NCBI GenBank assembly: GCA_964016885.1
Contig: OZ024756.1
Coordinates: 5,704,001 to 5,768,000 of the forward strand
Length of the DNA stretch: 64,000 nucleotides
Reading direction: 5' to 3'
Source of the DNA: Eledone cirrhosa
Lineage: Eukaryota
This document shows positions 59,301 through 64,000 of this stretch, piece by piece. Positions within the stretch are counted from its first letter, which is position 1. Every line of letters begins with the position of its first letter. Below the pieces are notes generated by a model, which saw only the letters and a list, made by a program, of their open reading frames with translations, ran no database searches and was not told the DNA's origin. The translations under genes were made by a program, and so were the position numbers.

Positions 59301-62270
59301 ATAGAAAGACAGTTACTATATATAGAAAAACAGTTAATATATATAGACAGACACAGTTACTATATATGGAAAGACAGTTACTATATATAGAAATACCGTT
59401 ACTATATATAGAAAGACAGTTACTATATATAGAAAGACAGTTACGATATATAGAAAGACAGTTACTATATATAGAAAGACACAGTTACTATATATAGAAA
59501 GACAGTTACTATATATAGAAAGACAGTTGCTATATATAGAAATACAGTTACTATATATAGAAAGACAGTTACTATATATAGAAAGACACAGTTGCTATAT
59601 ATAGAAAGACACAGTTGCTATATATAGAAAGACAGTTAATATATATAGACAGACAGTTACTATATATAGAAAGACAGTTACTATATATAGAAAGACAGTT
59701 GCTATATATAGAAAGACACAGTTACTATATATAGAAAGACAGTTGCTATATATTGACAGACAGTTACTATATATAGAAAGAGAGTTACTATATATAGCAA
59801 GACACAGTTGCTATATACAGAAAGACAGTTACTATATATAGAAAGACAATTACTATATATAGACAGACACAGTTACTATATATAGACATACACAGTTACT
59901 ATATATAGAGAGATACAGTTACTATATATAGACAGATAGAGTTACTATATATAGAAAGACAGTTACTATATATAGACAGATACAGTTACTACATATAGAA
60001 AGACACAGTTACTATATATAGAAAGACAGTTACTATATATAGAAAGACAGTTACTATATATAGAAAGACAGTTACTATATATAGAAAGACACAGTTTCTA
60101 TATATAGAAAGACAGTTACTATATATAGAAAGACAGTTACTATATATAGAAAGACACAGTTACTGTATATAGAAAGACAGTTACTATATATAGAAAGACA
60201 GTTACTCTATATAGAAAGACACAGTTACTATATATAGAAAGACAGTTACTATATATAGAAAGGCAGTTACTATATATAGAAAGACAGTTACTATGTATAG
60301 AAAGACAGTTACTATATATAGAAAGACAGTTACTATATATAGAAAGACACATTTACTATATATAGACAGACACAGTTACTATATATAGAAAGACAGTTAC
60401 TATATATAGACAGACACAGTTACTATATATAGACAGATACAGTTACTATATATAGACAGATACAGTTACTATACATAGAAATAGTGTTACTAAATATAGA
60501 AATACAGTTACTATATATAGAAAGACACAGTTACTATTTATAGAAAGACAGTTACTATATATAGAAAGACACAGTTACTATATATAGAAAGACAGTTACT
60601 ATATATAGAAATAGAGTTACTATATATAGAAAGACAATTACTATATACAGAAAGACACAGTTACTATATATAGAAAGACACAGTTACTATATATAGAAAG
60701 ACAGTTGCTATATATATAAAGACACAGTTACTATATATAGAAAGACAGTTGCTATATATAGACAGACAATTACTATATATAGAAAGACAGTTACTATATA
60801 TAGAAAGACACAGTTGCTAAATATAGAAAGACACAGTTGCTATATATAGAAAGACAGTTAATATATATAGACAGACAGTTACTATATATAGAAATACAGT
60901 TACTATATATAGCAAGACACAGTTGCTATATATAGAAAGACACAGTTACTATATATAGACAGACACAGTTACTATATATAGAAAGACAGTTACTATATAT
61001 AGAAAGACAGTTACTATATATAGAAAGACAATTACTATATATAGACAGACACAGTTTCTATATATAGACAGACACAGTTACTATATATAGACAGATACAG
61101 TTACTATATATAGACAGATACAGTTACTATATATAGAAAGACACTTACTATATATAGAAATACAGTTACTATATATAGAAAGACAGTTACTATATATAGA
61201 AAGACAGTTACTATATATAGAAAGACAGTTACTATATATAGAAAGACACAGTTACTATATATAGAAAGACAGTTACTATATATAGAAAGACAGTTACTAT
61301 ATATAGAAAGACAGTTACTATATATAGACAGATACAGTTATTAAATATAGAAAGACAGTTACTATATATAGACATATACAGTTACTATATATAGACAGAT
61401 ACAGTTACTATATATAGAAAGACAGTTACTATATATAGAAAGACAGTTACTATATATAGAAAGACAGTTACTCTATATAGCAAGACAGTTACTATATATA
61501 GAAAGACAATTACTATATATAGAAAGACAGTTATTATATATAGACAGACACAATTACTATATATAGACAGATACAGTTACTATATATAGAAATACAGTTA
61601 CTATATATAGAAAGACACTTACTATATATAGAAAGACAGTTACTATATATAGAAACACAGTTACTATATATAGAAAGACAGTTACTATATATATATAGAC
61701 AGACACAGTTACTATATATAGACAGATACTGTTACTATATATAGAAAGACAGTTACTATATATAGAAAGACAGTTACTATATATAGAAAGACAGTTACTA
61801 TATATAGAAAGACAGTTACTATATATAGACATATACAGTTACTATATATAGACAGATACAGTTACTATATATAGAAAGACAGTTACTATATATAGAAAGA
61901 CAGTTACTATATATAGAAAGACAGTTATTATATATAGACCGACACAATTACTATATATAGACAGATACATTTACTATATATAGAAAGACAGTTACTATAT
62001 ATAGAAAGACACTTACTATATATAGAAAGACAGTTACTATATATAGAAAGACAGTTACTATATATAGAAAGACAGTTACTATATATAGACAGACAGTTAC
62101 TATATATAGACAGATACAGTTACTATATATAGAAAGACAGTTACTATATATAGAAAGACAGTTACTATATATAGAAAGACACAGTTACTATATATAGAAA
62201 GACAGTTACTATATATAGAAAGACACAGTTACTATATATAGAAAGACAGTTACTATATATAGAAAGACAG
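56380..62270 (+). repeat. Tandem duplication of an about 2.95-kb unit, with a diverged partial third copy from about 62930 to the window end
   Basis: TTACGATA at 56486/59444 (2958), pseudo-ORFs 57182/60140 (2958), TTATTAAATA at 58401/61338 (2937). TTGACAGAC, GAGAGATAC and GTTTCT recur near 63380, 63602 and 63789. Confidence 0.85.
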
Positions 62271-64000
62271 TTACTATATATAGACAGACACAGTTACTAT
62301 ATATGGAAAGACAGTTACTATACATAGAAAGACAGTTACTATATATAGAAAGACAGTTACTATATATAGAAAGACACAGTTACTATATATAGAAAGACAG
62401 TTACTATATATAGAAAGACAGTTACTGCATATAGAAAGACACAGTTACTATATATAGAAAGACAGTTACTATATATAGAAAGACAGTTACTATATATAGA
62501 AAGACACAGTTACTATATATAGAAATACAGTTACTATATATAGAAAGACAGTTACTATATATAGAAAGACAGTTACTATATATAGAAATACAGTTACTAT
62601 ATATAGAAAGACACAGTTACTATATATAGAAAGACAGTTACTATATATAGAAAGACAGTTACTATATATAGAAAGACAGTTACTATATATAGACAGACAC
62701 AGTTACTATATATGGAAAGACAGTTACTATATATAGAAAGACAGTTACTACATATCGAAAAACACAGTTACTACATATAGAAAGACAGTTACTATATATA
62801 GAAAGACAGTTACTGCATATAGAAAGACACAGTTACTATATATAGAAAGACAGTTACTATATATAGAAAGACAGTTACTATATATAGAAAGACACAGTTA
62901 CTATATATAGAAAGACAGTTACTATATATAGAAAGACAGTTAATATATATAGACAGACACAGTTACTATATATGGAAAGACAGTTACTATATATAGAAAG
63001 ACCGTTACTATATATAGAAAGACAGTTACTATATATAGAAAGACAGTTACTATATATAGAAAGACAGTTACTATATATAGAAAGACACAATTACTATATA
63101 TAGAAAGACAGTTACTATATATAGAAAGACAGTTGCTATATATAGAAAGACAGTTACTATATATAGAAAGACAGTTACTATATATAGAAAGACACAGTTG
63201 CTATATATAGAAAGACACAGTTGCTATATATAGAAAGACAGTTAATATATATAGACAGACAGTTACTATATATAGAAAGACAGTTACTATATATAGAAAG
63301 ACAGTTGCTATATATAGAAAGACACAGTTACTATATATAGAAAGACAGTTATTATATATAGAAAGACAGTTGCTATATATTGACAGACAGTTACTTTATA
63401 TAGAAAGACAGTTACTATATATAGCAAGACACAGTTGCTATATACAGAAAGAAACAGTTACTATATATAGACAGACACAGTTACTATATATAGAAAGACA
63501 GTTACTATATATAGAAAGACAGTTACTATATATAGAAAGACAATTACTATATATAGACAGACACAGTTACTATATATAGACAGACACAGTTACTATATAT
63601 AGAGAGATACAGTTACTATATATAGACAGATACAGTTACTATATATAGAAAGACAGTTACTATATATAGACAGATACAGTTACTATATATAGAAAGACAC
63701 AGTTACTATATATAGAAAGACAGTTACTATATATAGAAATACAGTTACTATATATAGAAAGACAGTTACTATATATAGAAAGACACAGTTTCTATATATA
63801 GAAAGACAGTTACTAGATATAGAAAGACAGTTACTATATATAGAAAGACACAGTTACTGTATATAGAAAGACAGTTACTATATATAGAAAGACACAGTTA
63901 CTATATATAGAAAGACAGTTACTATATATAGAAAGACACAGTTACTATATATAGAAATACAGTTACTATATATAGAAAGACAGTTACTATATATAGAAAG

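Larger units (their letters stand above)
1..64000 (+). repeat. AT-rich tandem satellite/minisatellite array of mixed 21-bp (GAAAGACAGTTACTATATATA) and 23-bp (GAAAGACACAGTTACTATATATA) monomers; runs off both window ends
   Basis: Every line is this monomer or a variant with 1-4 changes, always in the same orientation. No unique sequence seen. The 21-mer has 10 A, 6 T, 3 G, 2 C. Confidence 0.99.
52541..64000 (+). repeat. Satellite sub-domain C (related to B; about 1.14-kb and 2.95-kb tandem units)
   Basis: Shares TGGAAAG/GACCGTT, CTGCATATAG and CTATTTATAG with B but lacks CCATATACAG and AATACAGCTAC. Private markers include TACATTGAAAG, TTACGATA, TTATTAAATA, GAGAGATAC. The B/C boundary is gradual. 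Confidence 0.65.

Noticed and set aside
36508-63579. Minus-strand (FLYIVTV)n and (CLSIYSN)n ORFs and plus-strand MERQLLYI ORFs
   Set aside because: Same artefact. Hydrophobic or Cys-periodic appearance follows from the repeat, both strands are open at once, and there is no unique coding or regulatory context.
1-64000. CRISPR array or other repeat-spacer memory system
   Set aside because: The segment between conserved cores is only about 6-8 nt and drawn from a few related variants. There are no unique spacers, leader or cas genes.
1-64000. Telomerase-synthesised long telomeric repeat (as in some yeasts with 21-25 bp units)
   Set aside because: No G-rich strand, and variants are propagated in multi-kb duplicated blocks, which indicates recombination or replication-based amplification rather than templated addition.
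1-64000. Plasmodium rep20 (a 21-bp AT-rich subtelomeric repeat)
   Set aside because: Only the unit length and AT-richness are similar. The monomer does not match the rep20 consensus as I recall it. A database search would settle this.
1-64000. Pure sequencing artefact or simulated low-complexity sequence
   Set aside because: Variants are shared hierarchically among blocks and copies carry private substitutions, as expected of real evolutionary history. Individual junctions could still be misassembled.
1-64000. Plasmid or phage iteron origin (21-22 bp repeats)
   Set aside because: Iteron clusters have a handful of copies next to a rep gene. Thousands of copies with no gene do not fit.

Overview
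The entire 64-kb window is one uninterrupted, head-to-tail tandem repeat (satellite or very long minisatellite) of about 25% GC. It is built from two interspersed monomers, a 21-mer GAAAGACAGTTACTATATATA and a 23-mer GAAAGACACAGTTACTATATATA, with roughly 2,900 copies estimated from length. I see no genes, RNA genes, mobile elements, CRISPR spacers, inversions or unique sequence. All listed ORFs are reading-frame by-products of the 21-bp period. The real structure is in the variant monomers: they reveal three sub-domains (about 1-38.3 kb, 38.3-52.5 kb, 52.5-64 kb) and nested, near-identical duplications or higher-order repeats of about 0.33 to 5.4 kb whose order can be partly reconstructed. Each monomer carries the palindrome CTATATATAG, which matches the MEF2-type MADS-box consensus CTA(A/T)4TAG and sits inside a 16-bp quasi-palindrome. 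I cannot assign the organism or a named satellite family, and I find no convincing novel gene system. All offsets were read by eye from marker monomers, so block ends are approximate to within a monomer or two.
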